From Gemmatimonadales bacterium (GTDB lineage: Bacteria > Gemmatimonadota > Gemmatimonadetes > Gemmatimonadales > GWC2-71-9), in contig DATMDQ010000121.1 of the NCBI GenBank assembly GCA_035557715.1, forward strand, positions 16,962 through 80,961: DNA of 64,000 nucleotides, read 5' to 3'. How positions within the stretch are numbered: the first letter of the stretch is position 1; the number at the start of each line of letters is the position of its first letter. The notes under the pieces are model-generated. The model made no database searches, had not been told where the DNA came from, and was given only the letters and a program-made list of their open reading frames with translations. Positions 55,040-63,970 of the stretch are shown piece by piece. A program made the translations under genes and the position numbers.

Positions 55040-56143
55040 TTGGCAGTTCGGATTGGACTCGCCTTCAATCTCAAACCAGCGGCGCCGGCTAGTCCAGCCG
55101 GGGCGAAATCCGAATCCCCCTCGTCCGACGAGCCTCCCAGTCGGGCTCTCCGACCAGACCTCCAGCAACCCGACCTGTACGCCGAGTGGGACGAGCCAGC
55201 TACCATCGATGCGGTGGAGCGAGCTCTGAGCACCGTGGGCCAGGTCTATCGTCTCGAGGCCAACGCCAGCTTCCCCGCGCGGCTGGCGCTGCTCCGGCCC
55301 GACTTCGTCTTCAACATCGCCGAGGGGCTCTATGGCCCCAACCGCGAGTCGCACGTGCCGGCAATCTGCGAGTTCCTCGGTGTGCCCTGCCACGCCTCGG
55401 ATCCGCTGACGCTCAGCCTCGCATTGCACAAGGCCAGAGCCAAGGAGATTCTCTCCCATCGCGGGGTGCCCACGTCTCCCTTCGTCCTGGCCAAGTCGCC
55501 CGATGATGCCCGGCACGTCGAGCTCCCGTTCCCGCTCTTCGTGAAGCCGGCGTTCGAGGGCTCGGGCAAGGGCGTCACGGTGAAGAGTCTCTGCCGCAAT
55601 CGCTCGCAGCTGGTGAAGCAGGTCTCTCACCTGCTCGCCACCTACGCCGAGCCGGTGGTGATCGAGAGCTACTTGCCGGGCCAGGAATTCACCGTCGCGA
55701 TTCTCGGCAACGGGCATGAGGCGCGCTGCCTGCCGATTATCGGCATGCGATTTGATATGCTTCCCCGGGGTGCCCCACCGATCTATGGCTATGAAGCCAA
55801 GTGGATCTGGGACACGCCGAGCAAACCGCTCGAGATCTATGAGTGCCCGGCCGACATTTCCGATCGTCTGGCCGAGGAAGTTCGGGCCGCCGCACTGGCC
55901 GCCTACCACGCCTTGGAATGCCGCGACTGGTGCCGCGTCGATATTCGCTGCGACGCCGCCGGCCGCCCGATGGTTGTCGAGCTCAACCCGCTCCCGGGCG
56001 TTTTGCCCGACCCGCGGGACCATTCGTGTTTCCCCAAGGCCGCGGCAGCGGCCGGGATGAGCTACGACGATCTCATCCGCACCGTCGCCGATATCGCCTG
56101 GCGCCGGATTAGCGGCCGTTCACTCCTGGCGGAGGTTGCCTGA
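55040..56143 (+). CDS. ATP-grasp ligase, D-Ala-D-Ala-ligase-like (1 of 2)
   Basis: Ddl-like layout: FNIAEGLYG, PLFVKPAFEGSGKGV, ESYLPGQEFTV, CRVDIRCD...VELNPLPG. TTG start with RBS. Low-complexity insert after the N-terminus. Confidence 0.8.
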   Translation: MAVRIGLAFNLKPAAPASPAGAKSESPSSDEPPSRALRPDLQQPDLYAEWDEPATIDAVERALSTVGQVYRLEANASFPARLALLRPDFVFNIAEGLYGPNRESHVPAICEFLGVPCHASDPLTLSLALHKARAKEILSHRGVPTSPFVLAKSPDDARHVELPFPLFVKPAFEGSGKGVTVKSLCRNRSQLVKQVSHLLATYAEPVVIESYLPGQEFTVAILGNGHEARCLPIIGMRFDMLPRGAPPIYGYEAKWIWDTPSKPLEIYECPADISDRLAEEVRAAALAAYHALECRDWCRVDIRCDAAGRPMVVELNPLPGVLPDPRDHSCFPKAAAAAGMSYDDLIRTVADIAWRRISGRSLLAEVA

Positions 56144-57153
56144 TGAAAGTTGCCATTCTCTTCGACGCGGGTAGCGAAGAGTGGAGCCCTCAGGACGTGG
56201 CCGCGGTCGTGGCCAACGTCCATGAAGTGCGCGACGTGCTCCGGCGCCGGGGCCATGAGGTCGAGCTCCTCCCGGTCAGGTTGGGAGACTTCCGCTGGCT
56301 CTCCCGAGCCCGCCGGGCCGACCTGGTCTTCAATCTCTGCGAAGGGATCAACGGCCACGCCCGCTTCGAGGACTTCGTGGTAGGGACCCTCGAGCTGACT
56401 GGGGTGCCGTTCACCGGCTGCCGGACCTGGCCCACCAGCGTCTGCCACCGGAAGCACGTGGCCAACACCCTGCTGTCCTCTGCCGGCCTTCCCGTTCCGG
56501 CATTCATGGTGGCCCAAGCCAACAAGACCGCCGCCGAGTTCCCGCTGCCTGCCATCGTGAAGCCGGCGGCCGAGGACGCCAGTGTCGGCATCGACAATGG
56601 CTCGGTGTGCACCAGCAAACGGGCCCTCAAGAAGCGGGTCGCCCAGATGCTGGAGCAATTCGAGGAGGTCCTGGTTCAGGAATACGTCCCCGGGCGGGAA
56701 TTCAACATCGGCTTCGTCGGCAAGCGGATGCTTCCCATTGCCGAGATCCGCTTCGACACTCTCCCGGATGGTACCTGGCCCATCGTGAGCTACGCGGCCA
56801 AGTGGATTCCGGGGAGCCCCGAAGACGAGGGCACGGTTCCCATCTGCCCGGCGGACCTCGAGCCCGACTTGGCCCGCCGTATCGGCCAGATCGCCCGTAC
56901 CGCCTGGGAGCACCTGTCCGAAGGCGAGGGATACGGCCGGGTCGACATGCGGCTGACCGCTGATGGCCAGCCCTATGTCCTGGAGGTCAATCCTTCGCCC
57001 GACCTGTCGAGCAATGCCGGACTGGCCCGCATGGGCCGGGCGTTTGGCTGGGGCTACGATGACCTCGTCATGCACATCGTGGACGAAGCTCTCATGCGCT
57101 CGCAGAGCCATCGTGCCGCCGCCGCCCTCGTCAGTGGGGTGTCCGCCGCTTGA
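56143..57153 (+). CDS. ATP-grasp ligase, D-Ala-D-Ala-ligase-like (2 of 2)
   Basis: FNLCEGING, PAIVKPAAEDASVGI, QEYVPGREFNI, GRVDMRL...LEVNPSPD. TGATG overlap with the previous gene. Confidence 0.8.
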   Translation: MKVAILFDAGSEEWSPQDVAAVVANVHEVRDVLRRRGHEVELLPVRLGDFRWLSRARRADLVFNLCEGINGHARFEDFVVGTLELTGVPFTGCRTWPTSVCHRKHVANTLLSSAGLPVPAFMVAQANKTAAEFPLPAIVKPAAEDASVGIDNGSVCTSKRALKKRVAQMLEQFEEVLVQEYVPGREFNIGFVGKRMLPIAEIRFDTLPDGTWPIVSYAAKWIPGSPEDEGTVPICPADLEPDLARRIGQIARTAWEHLSEGEGYGRVDMRLTADGQPYVLEVNPSPDLSSNAGLARMGRAFGWGYDDLVMHIVDEALMRSQSHRAAAALVSGVSAA

Positions 57154-57653
57154 GCGGCACCCTTGTCTCACCGCGTCTCCGCCACCTCTCCGCAGCCGAC
57201 CGGGGCCGCATCGAGGAAATCACTCGTGCGGTGGGACTCTTCCGTTCGGATGAGATTCCTGTCGCACTCGAGGTCTTCGACGAAGCTGTGCGCGACGGCC
57301 CCCGGCCAGAGCCCTACAGCGCGCTGGGGGCGGAGGTCGAGGGGAGATTGTCCGGTTGGATCTGCTGGGGACCCACCCCCTGTACCCTTGGCACCTATGA
57401 TCTCTATTGGATGGCGGTGGATCCCGCGCTCCAGGGCTCCGGCATCGGCACTGCACTGGTGCTCGAAATGGAGCGCAGGCTCACCGGTCTTGCCCGGCTG
57501 ATCGTGGTGGAGACCGCCGGTCGTCCGGACTATGCCGCCACTCGGCGGTTCTACGAGAGTCGGGGCTACCGTCCAACCGCGAGGATCCCCGACTTCTATG
57601 CCCCGGGCGACGACCAGGTGGTTTTTGTGAAGGAAGTGAGAGGTAAGAGGTAA
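57150..57653 (+). CDS. GNAT family N-acetyltransferase
   Basis: Acetyl-CoA motif A: VDPALQGSGIGTALV. TTGA overlap with the upstream gene. The last codons lie in the heptamer array. Confidence 0.8.
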   Translation: MSGTLVSPRLRHLSAADRGRIEEITRAVGLFRSDEIPVALEVFDEAVRDGPRPEPYSALGAEVEGRLSGWICWGPTPCTLGTYDLYWMAVDPALQGSGIGTALVLEMERRLTGLARLIVVETAGRPDYAATRRFYESRGYRPTARIPDFYAPGDDQVVFVKEVRGKR

Positions 57654-57733
57654 GAAGTAAGAGGTAGGAAGTAAGAGGTAGGGCGTGGGAACGTGAGTAG
57701 ATGTCCCTCTCACCTCTCACCTCTCCTCTCACC
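57636..57733. repeat. Inverted heptamer arrays (GTRAGAG)7 - ~20 nt - (CTCTCAC)~4, without cargo
   Basis: Left arm 57636-57684, right arm 57705-57733. Same unit family as 32502-32550 / 33022-33046. Confidence 0.9.
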
Positions 57734-57748
57734 TTTTGGGAGGGCAGC

Positions 57749-58870
57749 ATGGAAACCTGGCAGGAAGTCCTCAGAAAGAACTCGATCGCCTCGCTCGACG
57801 CGCTGGCGGAGAAGTTTGGCTCGGAGAACTTCCCCGAGCTCGACCGGCTCCGGCAGGCAGCCGACAACTTCGAGTTCCGGATCTCGCCCGCCATGGTTGA
57901 CCTCATCAAGTCGCCCGACGACCCGATGTGGCGCCAGTACGTGCCCTCGGTCGAAGAGCTGGACGTGGTGGACGGCATCGTAGACTCGCTCAACGAGGAC
58001 GCCGACAGCCCGGTTCCCAACATCACCCATCGCTATCCGGACCGGGCCCTGTTTCTGGTCTCGCCGGTCTGCGCCACCTACTGCCGGTTCTGCACCCGCC
58101 GACGCAAGGTCGGCGATCCCGAGAAGATCCCCATGTCCCAGTTCGAGAGCGCCTTCCGCTATCTGGAGGAGCACACCGAGATCCGGGATGTGATCATGTC
58201 CGGCGGCGACCCGCTGCTGCTCAACGACCGGCGGCTTGAAGTCATTCTGACACGGTTGCGGTCGATTCGACACATCCAAATCATCCGGATCGGCAGCCGG
58301 ATCCCCTGCCATCTGCCCGAGCGGATCACGCCCGAGCTCTGTGCCATGCTGAAGAGATTCCACCCGCTCTTCATCAATACCCACTTCAATCACCCCGACG
58401 AGCTGACCCCGGCCGCGGTGGCCGCGCTCGGTATGCTGGCCGACGCCGGCATCCCGCTCGGCTGCCAGACGGTGCTGTTGCGGGGGGTGAACGACACCCC
58501 GGCCGTCATGATGGAGCTGATGCAGAAGCTGCTCATGGCCCGGGTCCGGCCTTACTACATCTATATGGCCGACCAGGTGGCCGGCGCCGAGCATTTCCGT
58601 ACCTCGGTGCAGACCGGCATCGAGATCATGCAAGCCCTTCGGGGCTGGACCAGCGGCCTAGCTGTTCCGGCTTTCGTGATCGATGCCCCAGGCGGCGGCG
58701 GCAAGATCCCGATCCTGCCGGAGTACGTGGAGAGCATGAATGAGGAAGAGGTCGTGCTCAGGAACTTCCGGGGGGAACGCTATGTCTACCGGCAGCCGCG
58801 GGAGGAAGCCGGAGTCATCGACATGAAGAAGCCGCGGAAGCGGGCAGCGAAGAAGCGGAGGACTGCTTAG
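57749..58870 (+). CDS. kamA: Lysine 2,3-aminomutase family radical SAM enzyme (KamA)
   Basis: CATYCRFCTRR (CxxxCxxC), GGDPLLL, typical KamA length. GGGAGGG 5 nt upstream of ATG 57749. The track ORF from 57701 reads through the repeat arm. Confidence 0.9.
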   Translation: METWQEVLRKNSIASLDALAEKFGSENFPELDRLRQAADNFEFRISPAMVDLIKSPDDPMWRQYVPSVEELDVVDGIVDSLNEDADSPVPNITHRYPDRALFLVSPVCATYCRFCTRRRKVGDPEKIPMSQFESAFRYLEEHTEIRDVIMSGGDPLLLNDRRLEVILTRLRSIRHIQIIRIGSRIPCHLPERITPELCAMLKRFHPLFINTHFNHPDELTPAAVAALGMLADAGIPLGCQTVLLRGVNDTPAVMMELMQKLLMARVRPYYIYMADQVAGAEHFRTSVQTGIEIMQALRGWTSGLAVPAFVIDAPGGGGKIPILPEYVESMNEEEVVLRNFRGERYVYRQPREEAGVIDMKKPRKRAAKKRRTA

Positions 58871-60447
58871 GGCACAGAGTCCCTCGCCAACGCCTTCTCT
58901 CGATCGATTCCCCATTCGCGCAGCCCGCTCAACCATGAGTAGGGGTCCAGCTTCACATCCTTCAACCGGCGCTGGACCGCCGCGCGGTTGGCCGGTGCGT
59001 ACAGGAAGATCGCGGGTGCGTCGGCGTTGAGCGTATCCATGGCTTCGCGCCACTGCCGCCGGGCCGTGGCCACATCCGTCTGCTGGCGAGCCCGGCCCAA
59101 CAGGGAATCGAAGGCCGGACTCCCGTACCTTCCGTAGTTCAGCACACCCCAGCCCGCTTTCGACCACTGATCGCCCAGGCTCCGGGGGCTGGGCTCGTCC
59201 AGATACGCTCCGATGTAACTATCGAAACGTCCCTTGGCGAGCCGCTCCTGAAACACGGGGAACTCCACGGTGGTGACGGTGGCGTTGACCCCGGCCTTCC
59301 TCCAGGCCTCCTGAATCACCAGGGCGAGCTGCCGGCGAGTGGGGCTGGTGGCCGGCACCAGAATGTCGATGCTGCGCGCTGGACCACGCGAGAGCACGCG
59401 CCGGGCGTGAGCGGAGTCGAAGGCCAGCATGCGGGTGCTATCGTCCCAGATCCAGAGCAGCTGCGACATGGGACCGGGCGGCACCCTGGTGCCCTCCCCG
59501 AACACCGCGCGCGCCAGCGTGGGACGATCCACCGCTTCGGTCAGCGCGCGGCGGATCTCCCGGTGGTGCAGAACCGGATGCGGGCGTCCGGCCGCATCAG
59601 CCAGGCGGAAAGCCAGAAAGCCGTAGACGGCCGCCGGGTAGGTGACGAGTCGAAAGCTGGTGTCTGCCGTGACCCGCTGGGCCCGGTTGGGAGCTCCGAC
59701 TGCTTCCAGGAGATCGGCTTCGTGCCCGAGGACCAGGTTGAGGGCTGCGTCCGGGTCGGGGACGAAGCGCCAGACCGCACGCCGGATGCCGGGGCGCTCA
59801 CGTCCGGGCGCTGCGCTGTCGGCGATCAGGGTGAGGAACTGTCCCCGCTTCCAATCGAGTACCCGGTAGGGTCCACTGCCCACCAGATGCGACACCGCGG
59901 TATCCGCCGCCCACTGATCCCGGGGAATGGACGCCCAGACGTGACGCGGCATGATCCGCACGTGGTAGGTGGCGTCATACAGTTGCTCCGGCGATGGCTC
60001 GGTGAAGCTGATCCGAACAGTGGCGGAGTCCTCGGCCACCGCCCGGAGGCGGCCGGCGAGGTAAGAACGGGCGAGGGCGTCGAGCGCCGAGTCGGCAAAG
60101 ACCTCGAACGAGAAGGCGACGTCGTCAGCGGTGACCGGCTGTCCGTCGTGCCAGCGAGCCCCCGGGCGCAGGTGAAAGCGCCAGCTGAGCGAGTCGATTT
60201 GTTCCCAGCGTTCAGCCAGCCGCGGGCGGTAGGCAGCCGGATCCAGGGGCGAGCCGGCCGCCCCGAGATCCGCCAGCCGCTCGAAGACCTGGTCGCCGAT
60301 ATCACGACCGACCGTCTCGAATATCAGAGGGGGGACCAGGCTGCTGGGCTCGCCGGTGGCGGCCACGACGACGGTTCCGCAATCGTCACAGCTGGTCCGG
60401 CGTTCGGTGCAGCCGAGTAGCAGCAGGATCATGATGGCACGGCGCAT
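58867..60447 (-). CDS. ABC transporter substrate-binding protein, family 5 (peptide/nickel type)
   Basis: Lipobox MRRAIMILLLLGC and family-5-like length and blocks. ATG 60447 shares 1 nt with the stop of the upstream HD-GYP gene (TGATG). Confidence 0.75.
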   Translation of the reverse strand: MRRAIMILLLLGCTERRTSCDDCGTVVVAATGEPSSLVPPLIFETVGRDIGDQVFERLADLGAAGSPLDPAAYRPRLAERWEQIDSLSWRFHLRPGARWHDGQPVTADDVAFSFEVFADSALDALARSYLAGRLRAVAEDSATVRISFTEPSPEQLYDATYHVRIMPRHVWASIPRDQWAADTAVSHLVGSGPYRVLDWKRGQFLTLIADSAAPGRERPGIRRAVWRFVPDPDAALNLVLGHEADLLEAVGAPNRAQRVTADTSFRLVTYPAAVYGFLAFRLADAAGRPHPVLHHREIRRALTEAVDRPTLARAVFGEGTRVPPGPMSQLLWIWDDSTRMLAFDSAHARRVLSRGPARSIDILVPATSPTRRQLALVIQEAWRKAGVNATVTTVEFPVFQERLAKGRFDSYIGAYLDEPSPRSLGDQWSKAGWGVLNYGRYGSPAFDSLLGRARQQTDVATARRQWREAMDTLNADAPAIFLYAPANRAAVQRRLKDVKLDPYSWLSGLREWGIDREKALARDSVP

Positions 60448-62054
60448 CAGGCGGCCTCGGACACCTTGGTCAGGGTGCGGATGAAGGCCTGATACACGTC
60501 CGGCCGCCACCAGCTGGAAGATTCGCGAATCTTGACCAGGGCTTCGGCCTGGGACAGCGCGGCCCGATAGCTCCGGGTGGTTGTCAGGGCGTCGTAGACG
60601 TCCACGATGCAGATGATCTGGGCATTCACCGGAATCTCGTCGCCCTTGAGGCGGTCCGGGTAGCCCGTTCCATCGTACTTCTCATGGTGCCACCGAATGA
60701 TCGGCTTGATGTCCCAGGGGAACTCGACCGTCGCCAGCAGCTCCAGCCCCCACATCGGGTGCATCTGGATGACCCGAAACTCCTCGGCCGTGAGCGCACC
60801 CGGCTTGGTCAGAATCTCATGCGGCACTCGCACCTTGCCGACGTCGTGGAGATAGGCTCCGATGCGGATGGCGGTCTGTTGTTCGTCGTCCAGGCCCAGC
60901 TCCCGGGCCAGAGCCACGGCATAGCCGGCAACTCGCTCGCAGTGTCCAAAGGTATAGCTGTCCGACGATTCGATCGACTGGCCCCAGTCCCGTACCACCG
61001 CGAGGAAAGTGTCCTCCAGCCGATGCACCTTGGTGGAAACGTCCACCAGGTCCACCCGGGCTTCGAGGCGGCCGAACAGCCGGTGCGCCGCATTCAGGAG
61101 CCGCAGCGCCTCCTGATTCCTGCCCATCACCTGGTACAGGAGGGCGAGCTCGCGATCGGCTTCCGCCTCACTCAGGATGGAACCGGTGCTGACCGCCAGG
61201 TCGATCGCCGACCGCAGGCGTGACTCCGCCAGCGCGTGCCGGCCGGTTTCCCGGTAGACCCGCCCGATGACCTTGTAGGCATCGGCCTTGTCGAGGGTAG
61301 AGCCGAGCTGGTCGAATATGCCCAGGGCGCTTTCGGCATTCTGCCGCGCCTGATCGTAGCGCTGGCGGGCGATGTGGACCTCGGAGTGGTTCAGCAGCCC
61401 CAGGCCCTGGAGATGAAGGTCGCCGATCCGCTCGGCGATGCCGAAGCTGCGGCGGAAGTAGCCGTCGGCGTCGTCCCACAGCTCGCGGTCGGCGCTCACC
61501 ATCCCGAGGTTGTGATAGGCGATGGCACACCCGCGATCGTCGCCCGTGCTCTGAAAGGCCTGCAGGGAGCGCTGGTAATGGGCCAGCGCCTGAACCAGGG
61601 ACCCCTGAATGTTGGCCAGGATCCCCAGATTCTGCTCAGTCCGGCCCCGTAACTCAGCGTCGGCCCCGCCCAGTTCCAGCGCCCGGTAGAACCCTTCCCG
61701 CGCCGCCTCGATGGCGCCACTCTCGAAATCGAATCCCGCCAGCGTGTTCAGGGCCTCGGCGGCAAGAACGGGATCTTCGATCTCGGTCGCGGTCTTATAG
61801 CTCTGCTGGCACAACTCTCTGGCGAGGACCCGCTGATCGCGGTGGTGGTGGACCACACCGAGCCGTCGAAGCGCCTCGGCCAGCACCCCCCGTTCCTCGT
61901 CCCGGCCGGCCGCGTCGATCGCGGCGGTGTAGCACTGCACCGCCTCCGCCATGGATCCGGCACGCTGGTGGGAGCGTGCCTGCTGGAGCAAGTCAACGGC
62001 AGTCAGCGCCTGGGCTTGATCCGCCTCGCGGGGGATAGGCTGATCGGCCATCAC
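60447..62054 (-). CDS. TPR-repeat sensor fused to an HD-GYP c-di-GMP phosphodiesterase domain
   Basis: N-terminal ~350 aa of TPR-like repeats. C-terminal HDVGK and HHEKYDGTGYP. Confidence 0.85.
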   Translation of the reverse strand: MMADQPIPREADQAQALTAVDLLQQARSHQRAGSMAEAVQCYTAAIDAAGRDEERGVLAEALRRLGVVHHHRDQRVLARELCQQSYKTATEIEDPVLAAEALNTLAGFDFESGAIEAAREGFYRALELGGADAELRGRTEQNLGILANIQGSLVQALAHYQRSLQAFQSTGDDRGCAIAYHNLGMVSADRELWDDADGYFRRSFGIAERIGDLHLQGLGLLNHSEVHIARQRYDQARQNAESALGIFDQLGSTLDKADAYKVIGRVYRETGRHALAESRLRSAIDLAVSTGSILSEAEADRELALLYQVMGRNQEALRLLNAAHRLFGRLEARVDLVDVSTKVHRLEDTFLAVVRDWGQSIESSDSYTFGHCERVAGYAVALARELGLDDEQQTAIRIGAYLHDVGKVRVPHEILTKPGALTAEEFRVIQMHPMWGLELLATVEFPWDIKPIIRWHHEKYDGTGYPDRLKGDEIPVNAQIICIVDVYDALTTTRSYRAALSQAEALVKIRESSSWWRPDVYQAFIRTLTKVSEAA

Positions 62055-62221
62055 TCAGTACCCCACGGCGTTGTGGGAGAAGTGCTCGATCGGGTGGCGA
62101 TGTGGCTACTGCTATCGTCCCCGGCCAGGGGCATGCTGCTCGAGGTGCAGCCTACCCCGACCATCAACGCCAACCCCAGGGCGAGCGCCGGGAAACTGCG
62201 ACACCATTTCACGGCAACCAT
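62051..62221 (-). pseudogene. Decayed copy of the 63374-63970 lipoprotein gene
   Basis: Signal peptide MVAVKWCRSFPALALGLALMVGVGC resembles MKWTRRFFSLGLVLALLGGVSC. The last 13 codons of the intact copy (PIDHFSRYAVAY*) reappear as PIEHFSHNAVGY* in a different frame, ending at 62055. The middle is missing. Confidence 0.5.
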
Positions 62222-62275
62222 CCCTAGGCTTGGGTGGGGGTTGTGCGACGATACCGCGGCCGGGATTTGCCAGCC

Positions 62276-62293
62276 GCCGGACAAACCTGTCCG
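62276..62293 (-). terminator. Hairpin between the two duplicated modules
   Basis: ccggaca-aacc-tgtccgg: 7-bp stem, 13 nt past the stop of 62307-63371. Confidence 0.3.
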
Positions 62294-62306
62294 GTACGCG
62301 GGAGGA

Positions 62307-63371
62307 CTACGCAAGGTTTTTTTCCAGCTGGTTGATCCTGGTGCAGACATCGGCCAGATCTACTCGCGCGTTCAGGCGGCCAAACAGGCCGGCGGCGGCG
62401 TTCAGAAACTTGAGCGCCTCCTGCTTCCGGCCCATCACCTCGTATAGCAGCGCGAGCTCTCGAGACACCTCGGCCTCAGCCAGTATCGATCCGGTACTGA
62501 CCGCCAGCTCCATCGCCGAGCGAAGGCGCGATTCGGCAAGCGGATACCGGCCGGTCTCACGGTAAACTCGCCCGATAGCCTTATAAGCATCGGCCTTGTC
62601 CAGCTTGGAGCCGAGCTGGTCGAAGATGCCCAGCGCCGTCTCGGCGTTCTGCCGCGCCTGGTCGTAGCGCTGGCGGGCAATATGGACCTCGGAGTGGTTC
62701 AGCAGTCCCAGCCCCTGGAGATGGATGTCGCCGATGAGCTCGGCGATCTCGAGGCTGAGCCGGAAGTAGCGGTCGGCATCGTCCCACAGTTCGCGGTCGG
62801 CGCTCACCATGCCCAGGTTGTGATAGGCGAGGGCGCAACCCCGCTCGTCCCCGGCGGTCTCAAACGCGAATAGCGACTGCCGGTAGTGAGCGGTCGCCTC
62901 GGTCAGGCCGCCCTGGATGTTGGCCAGGATGCCCAGGTTCTGCTCGATGCGCCCCCGGAGTCCGGCATTGCCATCTCCCAGCTCGAGTGCCCGGTGGAAC
63001 TTCTCCCGCGCCGGCTCGATCGAACCGCTCTCGAAATCAAATCCCGCCAGAGCATTGAGTGCCTCCGCGGCCAGGACGGCGTCACCGCTCTCGATCGCAA
63101 TCTCCTGGCTGCGATCGCACATCTCACGGGCCAACGCTTGCTCGTTCCGCTGGTGATGGACGATCCCAAGCCGACGCAGGGATTCAGCCAGGATCTCACG
63201 ATCGGCACCGTGCTCCGCGGCATCGATGGCGGCCATATAGCACTGCATTGCCTCGGCCACGCAGCCGCCGCGCTCGTGGGCACGTGCTTCTCGCAACAAT
63301 TCCCCTGCGCGGCTGGAACCGGTCTCTTCGGTCCACCGCGCGAGGGGAAGTGAGTGCTGACTAGAACTCAC
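62307..63371 (-). CDS. TPR-repeat protein, paralog of the N-terminal domain of 60447-62054 without HD-GYP
   Basis: Long near-identical blocks (GIFDQLGS.LDKADAYK.IGRVYRETGR..LAESRLRSA). Ends at the point where HD-GYP starts in the paralog. Confidence 0.75.
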   Translation of the reverse strand: MSSSQHSLPLARWTEETGSSRAGELLREARAHERGGCVAEAMQCYMAAIDAAEHGADREILAESLRRLGIVHHQRNEQALAREMCDRSQEIAIESGDAVLAAEALNALAGFDFESGSIEPAREKFHRALELGDGNAGLRGRIEQNLGILANIQGGLTEATAHYRQSLFAFETAGDERGCALAYHNLGMVSADRELWDDADRYFRLSLEIAELIGDIHLQGLGLLNHSEVHIARQRYDQARQNAETALGIFDQLGSKLDKADAYKAIGRVYRETGRYPLAESRLRSAMELAVSTGSILAEAEVSRELALLYEVMGRKQEALKFLNAAAGLFGRLNARVDLADVCTRINQLEKNLA

Positions 63372-63373
63372 AG

Positions 63374-63970
63374 CTAGTACGCGACCGCGTAGCGGGAGAA
63401 GTGATCGATCGGCGCCGAGATGATCCGCAATCTCAGAATGTCCAGCGACCGCAAGATCTCCCTGACCTCGAGCCTGTCCGTAGTGTAGACCACTGCCTTC
63501 GGCACGTCGATGTTCCGGCAGTTCTGGTAATTCAGCGTCAGCACCGCCGGCTTCTGGAACTGGAGCCCTTCGGGGCTGAACCGCACCGAGTTGGTCGGGC
63601 CGCGCATCTGCTCGGCCTTGATGCGAACGTTAGATCTGAGAGCGCCCCTTGGAATCACCAGGGTGTGTTTGCCGACCCTGATCGTGCCACCCTGGGACCC
63701 GACCGTCTGGGAAGTCACGGCATACTGCTGTTCCTGACAGCTGAGCAGTCCGGTGATCTCCAGCAGCGTGGTAAGAACGTTTCCCGTCAAATCAAGCACG
63801 CCGTTCAGGGTCCCGCCGACCACCCCAAGCAGGTCCCCAAGCAGATACGCGGGCTGCTCAACCGGCTGAGCCTCGGGTACTGCGGTAGGCCCGTCGTCGG
63901 TCGTGCAGCTCACGCCGCCAAGGAGCGCCAAGACCAAGCCGAGGCTGAAGAATCTACGAGTCCATTTCAT
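63374..63970 (-). CDS. Hypothetical lipoprotein coupled to the TPR protein
   Basis: MKWTRRFFSLGLVLALLGGVSC lipobox. GGAG RBS. The stop lies 2 nt before the GTG start of the TPR gene. Confidence 0.5.
   Translation of the reverse strand: MKWTRRFFSLGLVLALLGGVSCTTDDGPTAVPEAQPVEQPAYLLGDLLGVVGGTLNGVLDLTGNVLTTLLEITGLLSCQEQQYAVTSQTVGSQGGTIRVGKHTLVIPRGALRSNVRIKAEQMRGPTNSVRFSPEGLQFQKPAVLTLNYQNCRNIDVPKAVVYTTDRLEVREILRSLDILRLRIISAPIDHFSRYAVAY

Noticed and set aside
54851-57171. 390-aa and 369-aa minus-strand ORFs (54851-56023, 56062-57171) opposite the two ATP-grasp genes.
   Set aside because: They mirror the plus-strand genes almost end to end and lack motifs. The plus-strand products have clear ATP-grasp blocks and coupled starts.
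62051-62350. 99-aa ORF taken as an intact gene.
   Set aside because: Its 5' part reads through the intergenic hairpin after the upstream TPR gene. Only the part from ATG 62221 resembles a lipoprotein signal, and the C-terminal homology to 63374-63970 is in a different frame, so it is called a remnant.
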